Shown: positions 39,601-48,281, numbered from the stretch's first letter. The stretch: DNA of 56,427 nucleotides from a virus (IMGVR_UViG_3300005529_000043:1-56427); one strand, 5' to 3'. Numbers and translations are program-made. Notes: generated by a model not told the origin, from the sequence alone.

Positions 39601-40002
39601 AGCAGTGGCCCAAAATTTAAGAGTGCTTATTCCTGTTGCCGAGGAGGCCAAATCCCACGCTGCGTCGCCATGCTCATTCGAGACGAGATCGCAATCGAGT
39701 TCGGCAAAGAGCGGATTATAGCCACCCGTTGGGGGATTGGCATTCGTTCCCTGCGGAAAAAAATAGTTCAAGTCGACGGAAGGATCAACCGATATACCAT
39801 AAATGCCGGGGGATAGGTTATAGAACATATTGAGCCCGAATTTCGAAAGTTCTGAACCGGCGACGCTCCCATTTAAACAACAGCTATTCAACCCGCCGAG
39901 CGGAAACACCGTGTCGGCCGGGGCCGCTGGCTGTGTTGTCTGAGCATGAAGTGAAACGTTAAGCGCAAGGACGGCGATGATTGAAAGATAAAAGACTTTC
40001 AT
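33628..40002 (-). CDS. 2124-aa secreted protein with T9SS type-A-like C-terminal domain
   Basis: Sec signal (..SLHA-Q); C-terminus VHPNPVKG..VNEMG..LPSGIYY..; CBM5/12-like YDSSKQYSVGSWVKY segment. Confidence 0.75.
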   Translation of the reverse strand: MKVFYLSIIAVLALNVSLHAQTTQPAAPADTVFPLGGLNSCCLNGSVAGSELSKFGLNMFYNLSPGIYGISVDPSVDLNYFFPQGTNANPPTGGYNPLFAELDCDLVSNEHGDAAWDLASSATGISTLKFWATAAPGDPLKGNNEYYIDPPGPNIGIQNPSDDPLSPNDPNVYYLWDFNQHTDGTEIFDPGTYIGVVGSPENPTPATTFYIDFIYRLDPTDYPSSPTTVYNLLCNLQTTGGSATITYSADDGAHWLTPTTGNAPVAGTSIIPINYTDTHADPTHFQSYLDYIGVDASNPVPDTARDFALHPTENLNYLRFPNRSLSPPFPLSNYKPQPYAVIRIKVQLSGGTLLSNYTNNLNSGACPIKFNLVKAAASDGIYVRGVRIRSNWADDLYRGYFDNAHTGPDGSGGNLDLAQFNLNLPHGLLSSFSAYYSNANAANLWNGALGLNIGNEGDWPFFRCFAYINEQFRAFSKKPQNGGVQKDFFTIITGAGSNLGSNLALWRPIYEDQSRTNAPPPAFQNESIQFGQYPRPDHDFKPRPFYFTGGPTYSNTPTGANGNPAYFNCCDDANGNPFAGMLFAGDAIPAELKNHTGFLELGLSITGWNGANSVTTANPSGTYGATTLGGTSDSDDYATYTARFQIASRGVTAANKQTAETCYPQDKPASEWVPYFSYPSVFAGAQPYNAWPLIENGQNGLRATLYNDLKSDSSIPSSLSYSQLSSFVPSPIPLYDSSKQYSVGSWVKYTSGCCSSYYYYCFPPDPKHVIPPAAGTPPANSSPGCSCGTGPFYWQPSMPSLADYFRFEDQPVTPWEIREETWDGIAWGAKGIIYNPMGSDAGGNVGLCGNNFEDNINSGFSDISHGEPTNSSPLFSEFPGWNFLPPDRLIPFATTANHDPSTTFPDRYVMNQAGSKCWVPALSDLKVYPNHNGNSPTGTILIDAGTQLTATNTNGVNMIDEYIEAVQNYAGVNTGTTYWPDASFKVPDVNLTTNYGSAAGPWFATTINDSSQLVTANTATQDGLPGVSDWLAFDRTLDGDFPGHSVHAYASPWYYHAPLFYPGGWIVAPITHIPTYYGMKDRSDGVKRSTADIAPIAQELKTLQWVTAFNYADFVSAEAQINSGNHPALTSDQTWASGQVLNSNGNAYIYSKDGPHPSGEPMFPLTIDTSFQVDQQTPFAAPNATAIPFTHHSGNFDNGTTSPLYYNVGIFHDPNDAGDPVDQDAIYVTIANRRTWPINYNYNPNGSIASVQQFDPTAPNNSIEYLGAIDARIVDLVLKPNWTDFQGNTVNWSSSGVQYYTITNLRTGKTFVDKASSPTDYELELDPGEGTLLRIAPATSLELGRTPYAGMAYNNGHRIAKIGPKGSTADYGVVWEQNGKIMFCRTQNEAQDPIGISGTGLYAPQVVYDPGTDHTQDGHNPSIASVSQYAFDHNPDARPGEVAIVFSVDDFTNDQTKGTRKVMFAKSDPSSNYATWTTATLATALPYLTPRVHDITGNVGENSFNLVTPVITPACEGYLVAYTSGATTVTALEVLDSGGVNTVLLPSKATDQFRMCSIASYDQTKLDPPHEPPGYVGYSYERFYFAWEADHPDGSSDIDFTYVDHPLATTTYNKFLTTQVSFGACKNIHPMIAVEPNNSANFAVPGITWEVPVPGQATRSILREMLGWYYPMNVWGDLTSFQPFASDGKNNVNVPQPQLRYEDILCNGSASVIKEEIYQDTFVHQEFLSRCKTSSPGVSPVWNGMTKLKDYAQFGNVSLPYECDVPPDLGVLTYRGTVADENGLYAAQVVTSPGTPAEMQAPSELIKELKVMPLSVAEQCAVPIYLHLTGGGSVIQPPPNPTGNWINPVWQHQPLGTFQEYAIDDSENGITQVSWPLTQDTVRTNYFAVSSGDTLEMDRVLVVDTTQLSLVLESPSNYFSYKMVVKDSATGEITQVIDSAVIYGRNPGSGNYSCPGLDPGDTTITGQGYHIYAPLVPTPSGTAYVTVIATKDSATQGQLVQEELYSTGISFPEATDTSGGAGYKKASPTALGSPQQQDLVVTVHPNPVKGTVKVCVEDLPAQIQVTVDVVNEMGTQIATLYNATPEAELGLCLQLDCSKLPSGIYYADLQTQGQHKAVQFTIEH

Positions 40003-40060
40003 GGGATCGATGGATTGGAAATGGTGAAAACGAACGAATTTTTAAGACGGAGACAGTGGA

Positions 40061-41890
40061 TCATCGGACGATGACGAGCTTTGTACGCGCATCGTGCGAT
40101 GACCCGTGAATTAAAACTTCATAAACTCCGGAAGAAAGGCTCGGGAAATACATCCGCAGTTGCTCGGCGCCGCCAAGCATTCGAATCGTTCCCGTTTGGA
40201 CAATGCTTCCTAAGAGACTATAAACTTCATAGCTTGCTTCTTCCCCTTCTGGCCAAAAGATCGTGGCCACGCTCCACGTTTGAGCAGGATTCGGCGAAAA
40301 CGAGAGTGCTGTCCCGCCCTGCACTGGTAGATTTACTAAATCCACAAATTGCGGATTTAGGTGTACGGGAATTTGTTTCGAGCCGTATATTAGCCATAAG
40401 GTGCCATTCGGTCCGAAGCTTGGATTCCCCAGTAAAAGATCCTCAAGGCTATCGGAATTCGCGTTTAGCGTATCCCCCAATCCTCCGAAACCGCCATAGA
40501 AAATATCTATCTTGCTATCGAGCGCTTCTCCAGTCACGTAGTAATTTTGGTCAGCGCTGAATTGACTTCCGCCACCAGTATAGAGGACGTCTTTACCCGT
40601 ACCTGTCATGTCACCGGCATTCGTTAGTATACCCGGCCAAATTTCGTAACCTAAAGTTTTGGGCGGTATAATAACGTATACAGCACTATCGATCGTAAGG
40701 CGGTGGGAACCGAAAGTGGGTCCGCCGCGAAAAATAAAAATCCCATTGTCGCTATCGTTCGTCGTCGGAATCCAAGCGGCCAAATCGACAGAGTTATCGC
40801 CTCGTTTCTTTGGCAGGAGGTGCATGACAATCGCGTTATCTGGCTCGAGCAACCACGCATAATCAGAATCTTTCATCACCTTGTTATCTTTTGAAGTCCA
40901 AAAGGTGTCCCTGCCAATAGCGTTCGCAAGTTTCTGGAGCGAGAACGGAGGATCGTTCCCATAAAAATACACATCCCTCTCACGGACACGGTGGAATTGA
41001 ATATTGACTATCAGAAGGTCGTCTCTTCCGGAACCACGAAAATCTCCCTGAAGTGTATAATAATCGTCGTTTAATGGCCCAAAATTTGCCGACGTATCCT
41101 CATACGCCGTGTCTTTCGCTGCAAGTGTGCCGCCACCACTGAACAGAACTAAATACATACTGTCCTGAGATTCTATGGAATCATTAGTGCCATAGCCAAG
41201 AACAATATCATCGACCGTGTCGGAAATAAGCGGGGAAATATAGGCGATAAATCTTGAGCCTCCCGCAACAACTCCATTTCCAATAACATGGGTCTCTAAC
41301 TTCGTTTTGTTTTTAATGTCATAATTTCCATTTGCATCGGCCCAATAGATAACCCAGGAATTCCATTCCAAAATATCGACGCTCGTCTTATTACGAAAAT
41401 GGCCGAACCGCATGTATTGCGGATCGACATCGGGGAGGTTAGCGGTCGCTTTCACTTTCAAGTCGTGCAAATTAAACGTCGGTCCTGTTGCAACGACCTT
41501 CACATTGTCGATCAACATATTCCCCGGAGTGCCGTCCGGCTGCGGGCCGAGATTGTAAATGAAAGTGCCGAGTCCTTCGCCTTGATTTCCCATGATCGTA
41601 TCGATCTCGCCCGGCATGCCGATTTGCGGGAAATAGCAGTCCGAGTCGAGCGATGGGTTTTTAAACGGCGGGTTGCTTTGAGCGCGGGCAGTTACCGGCA
41701 ATGCGGCGGCAAGAGCAGTGACACTCGCCCAAACACATAAAAACGCGAAAAATCGAAATGATTTCACAATACGAAGACCGATAAGAGCTCGGAAGGTTAC
41801 AAAACCTAATGCACAAAAGTAAGGTAAAAATTTGGGACTGTTATGAACTTCGAATCGATCACGGTTCATCGGCGCTCCCGCCAGGAACAT
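40061..41890 (-). CDS. Secreted FG-GAP-like repeat protein with T9SS-like C-terminal domain (likely start GTG 41767)
   Basis: GDFRGSGRDDLL, AGDMTGTGKDVL, LNANSDSLEDLLLG repeats; FSPNPA..YSLLG..LSSGVY..KLVIVR. Confidence 0.75.
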   Translation of the reverse strand: MFLAGAPMNRDRFEVHNSPKFLPYFCALGFVTFRALIGLRIVKSFRFFAFLCVWASVTALAAALPVTARAQSNPPFKNPSLDSDCYFPQIGMPGEIDTIMGNQGEGLGTFIYNLGPQPDGTPGNMLIDNVKVVATGPTFNLHDLKVKATANLPDVDPQYMRFGHFRNKTSVDILEWNSWVIYWADANGNYDIKNKTKLETHVIGNGVVAGGSRFIAYISPLISDTVDDIVLGYGTNDSIESQDSMYLVLFSGGGTLAAKDTAYEDTSANFGPLNDDYYTLQGDFRGSGRDDLLIVNIQFHRVRERDVYFYGNDPPFSLQKLANAIGRDTFWTSKDNKVMKDSDYAWLLEPDNAIVMHLLPKKRGDNSVDLAAWIPTTNDSDNGIFIFRGGPTFGSHRLTIDSAVYVIIPPKTLGYEIWPGILTNAGDMTGTGKDVLYTGGGSQFSADQNYYVTGEALDSKIDIFYGGFGGLGDTLNANSDSLEDLLLGNPSFGPNGTLWLIYGSKQIPVHLNPQFVDLVNLPVQGGTALSFSPNPAQTWSVATIFWPEGEEASYEVYSLLGSIVQTGTIRMLGGAEQLRMYFPSLSSGVYEVLIHGSSHDARTKLVIVR

Positions 41891-42227
41891 CGCATTCAGG
41901 CGTTTAAATGTGAGTCCGATTCAAAGACGTTATATTCTGACGTCTAAAACCCGAAGAAAGTGACGATTGCCGCCGATCCGTGAGAGGATTCATTCGAGTT
42001 ATTAGGTTTTCCTGAATACAGAAGTTCCGTTTGAGTATTAGGTCGCTCGGATATCCAATTCGTCCTGCGATTTTAAGGCTAATCTAAAATAAATATATTT
42101 TGGGCCGCCACTCTTTTTTATTTTTCTATGGACCATATAGCAACACTCATTCTTATGTGGCTGTTTGTGAATTTGGGAATTCCCGCAATGATAATGTGGA
42201 TGAAGACCGACAACGAAAGGATGCTCG

Positions 42228-42704
42228 ATGAAGCCAGACGCAAACGACATAACGATAGCAAATAACATTCGCGCGCTCATTGGTAAGCGCGAGCGTAGCA
42301 AAACGCGGCCCAAGGGCGTCGGAGAAATCGCGACGGATGCCGGCATCGATCCGGTGACATTATGGCGTTATATGAACGCCAAGCGGCGCCCGAGCGAAGA
42401 GCAGCTTATAAAACTCGCGCAAGGCATCGGTTGTCAGCCCTGGCGTTTTCTCGTTGGCGTCGAGCGGCCGAACGAGAAATTTCCCAACATAGAAGTTCCA
42501 CATCTCCGTAAGAAACCTATGTATTCCCGGATCGAAACCGCGATGCGTTCCGACAAGGAGCTGGCACGCTTCTTTGGGGGTATGAATAAAGAGACGTTCG
42601 ATTGGCTCCGGGCCAACATGGAGAAGATTGTCGATTATGTCCAGCGTAAACGACAGCAGGACATCGACGAGGGACGCTTCGATAAAAAGAAGCCGATCTA
42701 TTGA
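42228..42704 (+). CDS. XRE-family HTH regulator
   Basis: EIATDAGIDPVTLWRYMNAKRRPS..LIKLAQGIG. Confidence 0.85.
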   Translation: MKPDANDITIANNIRALIGKRERSKTRPKGVGEIATDAGIDPVTLWRYMNAKRRPSEEQLIKLAQGIGCQPWRFLVGVERPNEKFPNIEVPHLRKKPMYSRIETAMRSDKELARFFGGMNKETFDWLRANMEKIVDYVQRKRQQDIDEGRFDKKKPIY

Positions 42705-42743
42705 CCGGAACCGTTCCGCCTCGCTAACCTAAACGACAAATAC

Positions 42744-43079
42744 ATGATGCATCTGCTTACGCGCCGTTGTATCAACGGCCACCCTTTTGATATTATTGCG
42801 TATGACGACAAAAAAGAAACTCATGAGGACGCATTGCAGGCACTAGAGCGTGAGCGCCGCTCCCACAGCCTACCGCTCGCCTGCCTGTTCTGCGGAACGG
42901 GCGGAATTATTTCCGAGGACTCCGCAACGCCATTCGACGATCCGCAGGACTTCCTTCCATTTATGCGTAAGCGCGTGAGCGAGTTATATGAGGAGAACGT
43001 CGATAATTTAGTTGGGAGCGTTCTCGCGAATGCGCTCGGGCTACCACCGCCGCGCCATCTTCCGCCACCGCGCGTGTGA
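42744..43079 (+). CDS. Hypothetical protein (CxxxH/CxxC)
   Basis: Preceded by AACCTAAACGACA. Confidence 0.6.
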   Translation: MMHLLTRRCINGHPFDIIAYDDKKETHEDALQALERERRSHSLPLACLFCGTGGIISEDSATPFDDPQDFLPFMRKRVSELYEENVDNLVGSVLANALGLPPPRHLPPPRV

Positions 43080-43164
43080 AACGGCCCAAAACGGAGGAAC
43101 TCGGCATCCAGCGCAAGTCGTTCTTTTGTACACGTTCCATCATCCAATTTAGGCCCTTACAATA

Positions 43165-44112
43165 ATGAAAAAAAGATTGTTGATGTCCTTTACCGCGGTT
43201 TTTATTGCTCTTATTTTTTTAGCGATGGGGAAACCGCCGGTCAATCCCCCAACAACTGATCCTCCAATAACCAAGGATCAATTACAGGCGGCGATCGATG
43301 CCAAATTCGCAAAGGCAAGTTTTACTACAACTTTACCAGACGTGGACCTCGAAGGATACCAGCTCCCTGCCAACATGCTTAATAGCTCCCCTTATCTTGT
43401 GGGAAGACTTGTGAACATTGAGGAATCTAATGGAAAGACAAAGATCGATTTGATCGGCGATTTGGATTATCTCATCAACGCAAATAAGCTCAGTAGTTCT
43501 ATGGTTTCCTCTGCTCCATTTTTCAATGACTATGTCACAAAGAGTGTTCACACTAACGTGTCTGCTGTGATGGGAATCGCAGCGAGTCTTAGCGACTCAG
43601 AATCAGTCCACGTTACCTATCAGACAATTCTTAGTTCAACACCTCAGAATCAATTTTTAGATCGAAAACAGTTAGAAGCCGACAACGTTAGTTATGGACT
43701 TCAATCGAAATGGAAAAATCCAAAAATTGTGTATTCTGTTACGGTCAACCGCCTAACGTATCAAAAATTTCGGCAGTTCTCTGGCGGTATTACAGGCTCT
43801 AATCTCATTGTTAATTTAAACGGGGGAATGTACTACAGTGAGGGAACCGAGGTAAACATTTATGAGGTGTATATCACGGTGGCAGATCCCGTTTTTCCTC
43901 AAACTACAATTACAGGTGCAGCGGCAACTACAATTTCTACGACCCCACCTCCACCACCTCCTCCTCCGCCGGACACTGATAATATGACAATAAGCGTCAG
44001 CGATCAATCAGCCCTAACAGTGGGACAAGAAGAAGAAATAAAACCTGACGTTTTGGGAAGAGTTATAAAGGTGGATGAGGTTGCGCGCATTAAATCGCCA
44101 CGCCGACATTAG
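43165..44112 (+). CDS. AT-rich secreted moron-like protein with poly-Pro tract
   Basis: Signal peptide; beta-rich core; TTPPPPPPPPPPD. Confidence 0.7.
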   Translation: MKKRLLMSFTAVFIALIFLAMGKPPVNPPTTDPPITKDQLQAAIDAKFAKASFTTTLPDVDLEGYQLPANMLNSSPYLVGRLVNIEESNGKTKIDLIGDLDYLINANKLSSSMVSSAPFFNDYVTKSVHTNVSAVMGIAASLSDSESVHVTYQTILSSTPQNQFLDRKQLEADNVSYGLQSKWKNPKIVYSVTVNRLTYQKFRQFSGGITGSNLIVNLNGGMYYSEGTEVNIYEVYITVADPVFPQTTITGAAATTISTTPPPPPPPPPDTDNMTISVSDQSALTVGQEEEIKPDVLGRVIKVDEVARIKSPRRH

Positions 44113-44503
44113 TTAGGAGCGTTGGGTGAGGGGAAATATCACAGCCGATTTTTCTCGAGCGAATTTTTTAGTATCATGCCATGTTCGATATTTTGCTGCC
44201 GCTGGCTGGATAGCAGTTTAATCGGTTTCAAACCTACCTAACTGATACAATTGTTTCAATCTTAGGGACTTTCCGAAAGGGAAGTACAACCTGCGAGTCC
44301 GGCTACGGTGGTTTTTGAGCGCCTATCGCGTGAGGCTCTTTGGGATTTTTTCTTTTGGGGTGAGCGGCATAAAAACCGTCAATAATCTCCACACCGAATA
44401 CCCAAAACCGACACTCCATAGGCGCTTTTCTAATAAGTGCGAATTATCTTTACATTCTCACAGGTATAAGCTGTGATTAGGATGTCATCCTAAACGACAG
44501 GAC

Positions 44504-44583
44504 AGGGTGGCGGGGTACGCAGCGGTCGCAGGCTATGTTGGTTGCGAGAAAATTTTGCGATGAGCGCGCCGCCCCGCCACCCT
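44504..44583. repeat. 12-bp perfect inverted repeat enclosing inner stems
   Basis: AGGGTGGCGGGG ... CCCCGCCACCCT with TCGCA/TGCGA inside. Confidence 0.7.
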
Positions 44584-44585
44584 TA

Positions 44586-45398
44586 TTATTCTGCGCTACT
44601 CCTTGCCATGAGCCAGTCCGCATAATCGTAGCCATCCGGTTTACCGGGAAACATATTGCGGATGTTGAGAATTTTGGGCAACGCGCCTGCGTCGCGTAGC
44701 CTGTCCCCGCAGAACTTCGCACCCTTCATCCCGGCTTCATCGAGATCGAATGCGATGAGGATATGCCGGCAGGCAAGTGGAGCGGCCTTTTCTTTACTAA
44801 TCCCGGTGCATCCTCCGGCTGCAAGCCAGATCGTTCCTGGGAAAAAGTGGGACGCGACGATCGCTGTTTTTTCGCTCTCGACGAGGACGATCGTACCCTT
44901 GCGTTTGAGCTGATGGAGGCCGTATAGGACCTGGGAGCCTCCATCTTTGGTGCGTAATAAAAATTCCACATCGCCCGTACGCTCGAATCCGTCGTAGCGC
45001 ATTCTCTTGCCATTGATGATCCGGCCATCCGCGTCCGCCATCCAGTGCGTCACGATCCCGCCCGCCTCCAACCCCACGCGCCACGAGCGCAGCGTCTCGA
45101 TCGACGTCAGCTTCGCGAGGATGAGGCCGAACGAATTAACGGCCGGATCGTTGGCTTCTAAGTATTTCAGGGAACGCTTGATAAGCGGCGAGAGCATTTG
45201 TTCTGCTTCTTCGGCTGGCAACAATTTTTTCACGGGTGGGGCTGCTTCAGCCTCTCCCGTTTTTTCGTATGCGGGGGTAACGGTGTAGCCGCATGCGTGG
45301 CAGTAGCCGCACCCCGCCAATCCGCGAAGGGGGGCGAACCCCCTCCGGGCGTGGCAGTGCGGGCATTCTACTCTTCGGGCTTCGAACTCGTGAGTCAT
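44586..45398 (-). CDS. Primase-like protein (Zn finger + TOPRIM, DUF6371-like)
   Basis: CPHC..CHAC; LYGLH; LVESEKTA; AFDLDEAG; D.AD; start re-called at ATG 45398. Confidence 0.85.
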   Translation of the reverse strand: MTHEFEARRVECPHCHARRGFAPLRGLAGCGYCHACGYTVTPAYEKTGEAEAAPPVKKLLPAEEAEQMLSPLIKRSLKYLEANDPAVNSFGLILAKLTSIETLRSWRVGLEAGGIVTHWMADADGRIINGKRMRYDGFERTGDVEFLLRTKDGGSQVLYGLHQLKRKGTIVLVESEKTAIVASHFFPGTIWLAAGGCTGISKEKAAPLACRHILIAFDLDEAGMKGAKFCGDRLRDAGALPKILNIRNMFPGKPDGYDYADWLMARSSAE

Positions 45399-45763
45399 AT
45401 TCGTTTCTGAGCTGCGCGCGCTTTCGCTCGGTCGCTTCGGTCGTCGTATTTTCCATACGTTTCGTATTCGAGGTCGTAGTGCATGAGTGTCATCGCGCAC
45501 CACAGGACGGAGGCCAGGTGATGCTGACCGTCCTCGGCATCGTGCCGCTGCCCCATCCAGAATTTCCAGGCGTGCCGCATGAGCGCCGCAAAGATGCGCC
45601 CCCACTTCATACCCTTTTCCCAGTTGCGATCGGCGTATTTCCGCGCTCCCATTTCGAATACTTCCCCGAGCTCCATCAGGACGGCCGGGCTCATGAGGTC
45701 GAAGCGGGCCTTCCCGCTGTCGTTCTTCACGCCCTCCGGTGCTTGTTCAACTGCCTTACTCAT
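45395..45763 (-). CDS. dATP/dGTP diphosphohydrolase domain protein (DUF5664-like)
   Basis: GVKNDSGKARFDL..GARKY..NWEKG..RH..HLA. Confidence 0.85.
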   Translation of the reverse strand: MSKAVEQAPEGVKNDSGKARFDLMSPAVLMELGEVFEMGARKYADRNWEKGMKWGRIFAALMRHAWKFWMGQRHDAEDGQHHLASVLWCAMTLMHYDLEYETYGKYDDRSDRAKARAAQKRI

Positions 45764-46125
45764 TCGGAGTCCTCCCAGAGCGATAGCCGTTCCCTCGCAA
45801 TATCGAGTAGCGGGTGATCGATCGCAGCTTTAAACGCACCGTAATGGAACGTTTTAATGCGAAGGGATTCCGCTAAATTATATTCGAGCACAGCACCCCG
45901 AGAGGCGTTCCATCCTGGAAGCGCCACGAGGCCCTCGCAGTCGACGAGGAGCTTTACGTCGTGTTTAAGATATTCTTCCCACGGCAGATCGCGTCTGCCG
46001 CCGAAGTTTTCGGCCGGATTCACGACCTCGTGGCCGCAGCCCCGTAGAACCTTCGCCGCCTCGTTGAAGGCGGGGAAGTTGTAATCGGCGTAGCCCGTCA
46101 TGGGGCCAGCTAAATAGAGCTTCAA
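45760..46125 (-). CDS. DUF4406 / nucleoside deoxyribosyltransferase-like protein
   Basis: YLAGPMTG..NFPAF..VNPAE..LPGW..SRGA..E. Confidence 0.85.
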   Translation of the reverse strand: MKLYLAGPMTGYADYNFPAFNEAAKVLRGCGHEVVNPAENFGGRRDLPWEEYLKHDVKLLVDCEGLVALPGWNASRGAVLEYNLAESLRIKTFHYGAFKAAIDHPLLDIARERLSLWEDSE

Positions 46126-46571
46126 AGTTTTCCCTCCCGTTGTTTTTCGAGATCGTCAAGCTGTTTTAAAAATGCGCGCGCCCGCTCCTTGTCGTGGAGC
46201 GAGAATTTGGAAGAGACGTCGTAGGTCTCGTCCTGGATCATTTCGAGCCAGCCGAACGTCTCGTTGGGATCGGTGAGGAGTTCGTGGTCGCGCGGCACGC
46301 TCTTATTGTGATCGCGGATGAGCTTAGAACGAATATCTAATATCTTTCCCAGCTCGTCAATCAGCTTCACTGCGTCTCGACCGATGAATACTGTCGTGTT
46401 GTACCGGTGATAGAGCGACGTCAGAACCCCCCCCAGCTCTTCGGCTGGAATTTCGGAGTTCGTGCGCGCCGCATGGACCATCGCATTGTACTCTTCGATT
46501 TCGTCGCCGTGCTCCGCGAGTAGCCTGTTTAAACGTTCCGAGTAATCCCGGATGTCGCTTTCGACGCTCAC
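46122..46571 (-). CDS. Hypothetical protein
   Basis: Start re-called at GTG 46571 (GTGA overlap). Confidence 0.55.
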   Translation of the reverse strand: MSVESDIRDYSERLNRLLAEHGDEIEEYNAMVHAARTNSEIPAEELGGVLTSLYHRYNTTVFIGRDAVKLIDELGKILDIRSKLIRDHNKSVPRDHELLTDPNETFGWLEMIQDETYDVSSKFSLHDKERARAFLKQLDDLEKQREGKL

Positions 46572-46912
46572 GCTGTACCTCCGCTCGTCCGGGCGCTGAC
46601 GCCATCGTACTTGAACTTCTTCCAGTCGCGCTGCTTCACCTCGTTCCACGTCTCCTCTAAAATTTCTTCGAGGTCAAACCCGCGTTTGTTACAGTAGTCG
46701 AGAAGAAAGATGACGATGTCGCCGATCGCGTCTTTTTGTTTAAAGCGGTGCTCGATAAGCGTTCCGCGAATACCCTGCTTCGATTTTAACACCGAGTGGG
46801 CGAGCTCGCCGACCTCTTCCACGACTCCTAAGAGCGAGTAGACCGAGTCGAGCGGTTCGAAATTTTCGAGCGTCCACGCGTGGACCTCGTGTTGTAGCTG
46901 TTTTAAATTCAT
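46568..46912 (-). CDS. MazG-like nucleotide pyrophosphohydrolase
   Basis: LGVVEEVGELA..KDAIGDIVIFL. Confidence 0.88.
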   Translation of the reverse strand: MNLKQLQHEVHAWTLENFEPLDSVYSLLGVVEEVGELAHSVLKSKQGIRGTLIEHRFKQKDAIGDIVIFLLDYCNKRGFDLEEILEETWNEVKQRDWKKFKYDGVSARTSGGTA

Positions 46913-46969
46913 TGGCAAATAAAATCCCACGCCCCGGCCGGTGGCAGACCTGGAACGTGAAATAGGGCT

Positions 46970-47902
46970 TTAAGGGATAATCTGGCCTTTGGGCGGTGCG
47001 GCATCCACCTTCTGGGTTCCGACGATCGCGAGCATATAGCCGCTGCGCTTGAAATAGTCGTTGGCTCTGTCAACCGCATCCGCCGACGACTTAGCCCTTG
47101 CGTAGTAGGTGTATTCGGTCCCCGAGTACATTCCTTTCGCATGGATAGCGTACATAGATAGCGGCGCCTGCGTCGCTCCTACACCGCCGTAGTAGCCTCG
47201 GACATCCGCCGCTTCGTCGTAGTCGTCAAAATCGTCGATGTCGAAGACCGGCTCGGGATTGATTCCAATACTCGACTCGATCTTCTGAAGCTTACCGTTG
47301 ATAACCAGTTCGTCCGGCATGCCGACCTTTCGGCGGATGAGGCGTAGATTGCGGCCGACATCCGTGAGCGCCGCCTGCGTCGCATTCACGTCGTCGACGT
47401 GCGCGCGGAAGAGCTCGCCCACCTTCTCGCCGATCGTAAGGCGAGCCGCGTGAGATTGCTCCAGCGGATCGAGGCGCTTATCGATCGATCGCTCGAGCGC
47501 GTCGACTTTATTATTGACGAGCGTCGTGAGGTTCGTCCAGGTCCGCGACGAGTAATGGCGGCTCGTGTTTTCGAGCGCTTCCAGTCGCGACAGGATCGGC
47601 TTGAGCTGGGCGTCGAGCGCCTCCGCGAACGCTTTTACTCCTTCGTCGACCAGGCGCACGCGAGCTTCGGTCGTCAAGCTGCCGATCGGGCCAGGACCGA
47701 AGTCCGCCATTTGGAATTCGCGTTCGAACTCCGTCAGCGTATAGAGCTTTACGATCCCGCTTCCGACGAGTTGAACGAGACAGACGTGGTCCCGCTGCCC
47801 GCTCCAGCGAAACGCCGTTTCGGGGTCCAAATGAATACAGACCGCAAGCTGCCCGGTCTTTGTGTGTTTATAGATCATAAATAGGTTACCAGTCGCGGTC
47901 AC
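46970..47902 (-). CDS. Coiled-coil hypothetical protein
   Basis: 310 aa ORF in operon orientation. Confidence 0.6.
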   Translation of the reverse strand: MTATGNLFMIYKHTKTGQLAVCIHLDPETAFRWSGQRDHVCLVQLVGSGIVKLYTLTEFEREFQMADFGPGPIGSLTTEARVRLVDEGVKAFAEALDAQLKPILSRLEALENTSRHYSSRTWTNLTTLVNNKVDALERSIDKRLDPLEQSHAARLTIGEKVGELFRAHVDDVNATQAALTDVGRNLRLIRRKVGMPDELVINGKLQKIESSIGINPEPVFDIDDFDDYDEAADVRGYYGGVGATQAPLSMYAIHAKGMYSGTEYTYYARAKSSADAVDRANDYFKRSGYMLAIVGTQKVDAAPPKGQIIP

Positions 47903-48171
47903 GAAAAGAGATTGCCCGAGAGGGTGTCTTTGGGCTTCCTCGATATTCGCTTGACGATTGGTTCGGTTGTCTTCTTCTTAGGTTTGTTGGGTTTCTTTTT
48001 CTTTTCGGGTTCCCTCCGCTTCCACCACTGGAACTGCGGGTCGGGGTCGGCCGAAAAAAAGTGCTCGCCTTTCGGGCAGGGACAGGGGTCGCATAGGAAC
48101 ATCGGATAATGGTTGATGTTGATACGCCCCCCGAAGTCCCTACCCGGCTCGCCGCAGCAGGGACAGTTCAT
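47899..48171 (-). CDS. Small Cys-rich basic protein
   Basis: CPCC..CDPCPC. Confidence 0.5.
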   Translation of the reverse strand: MNCPCCGEPGRDFGGRININHYPMFLCDPCPCPKGEHFFSADPDPQFQWWKRREPEKKKKPNKPKKKTTEPIVKRISRKPKDTLSGNLFS

Positions 48172-48281
48172 CTACCAGCCGTACACTACGCGAGCGCTTC
48201 GATACCAGCCGAGAGCCTTTAAAAAAAATCCCGGCCCCGGCATACGCAAGCGCCGTGCAGAAGATACTGGCGACGATCCAC

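Noticed and set aside
41814-41821. Bacteroidota -7 promoter box TACTTTTG upstream of the FG-GAP gene
   Set aside because: No matching -33 TTTG at the expected spacing; a single 8-mer is weak evidence
45395-46912. Z-genome or 7-deazaguanine modification system
   Set aside because: No PurZ, DpdA/Que genes or phage DNA polymerase in the window
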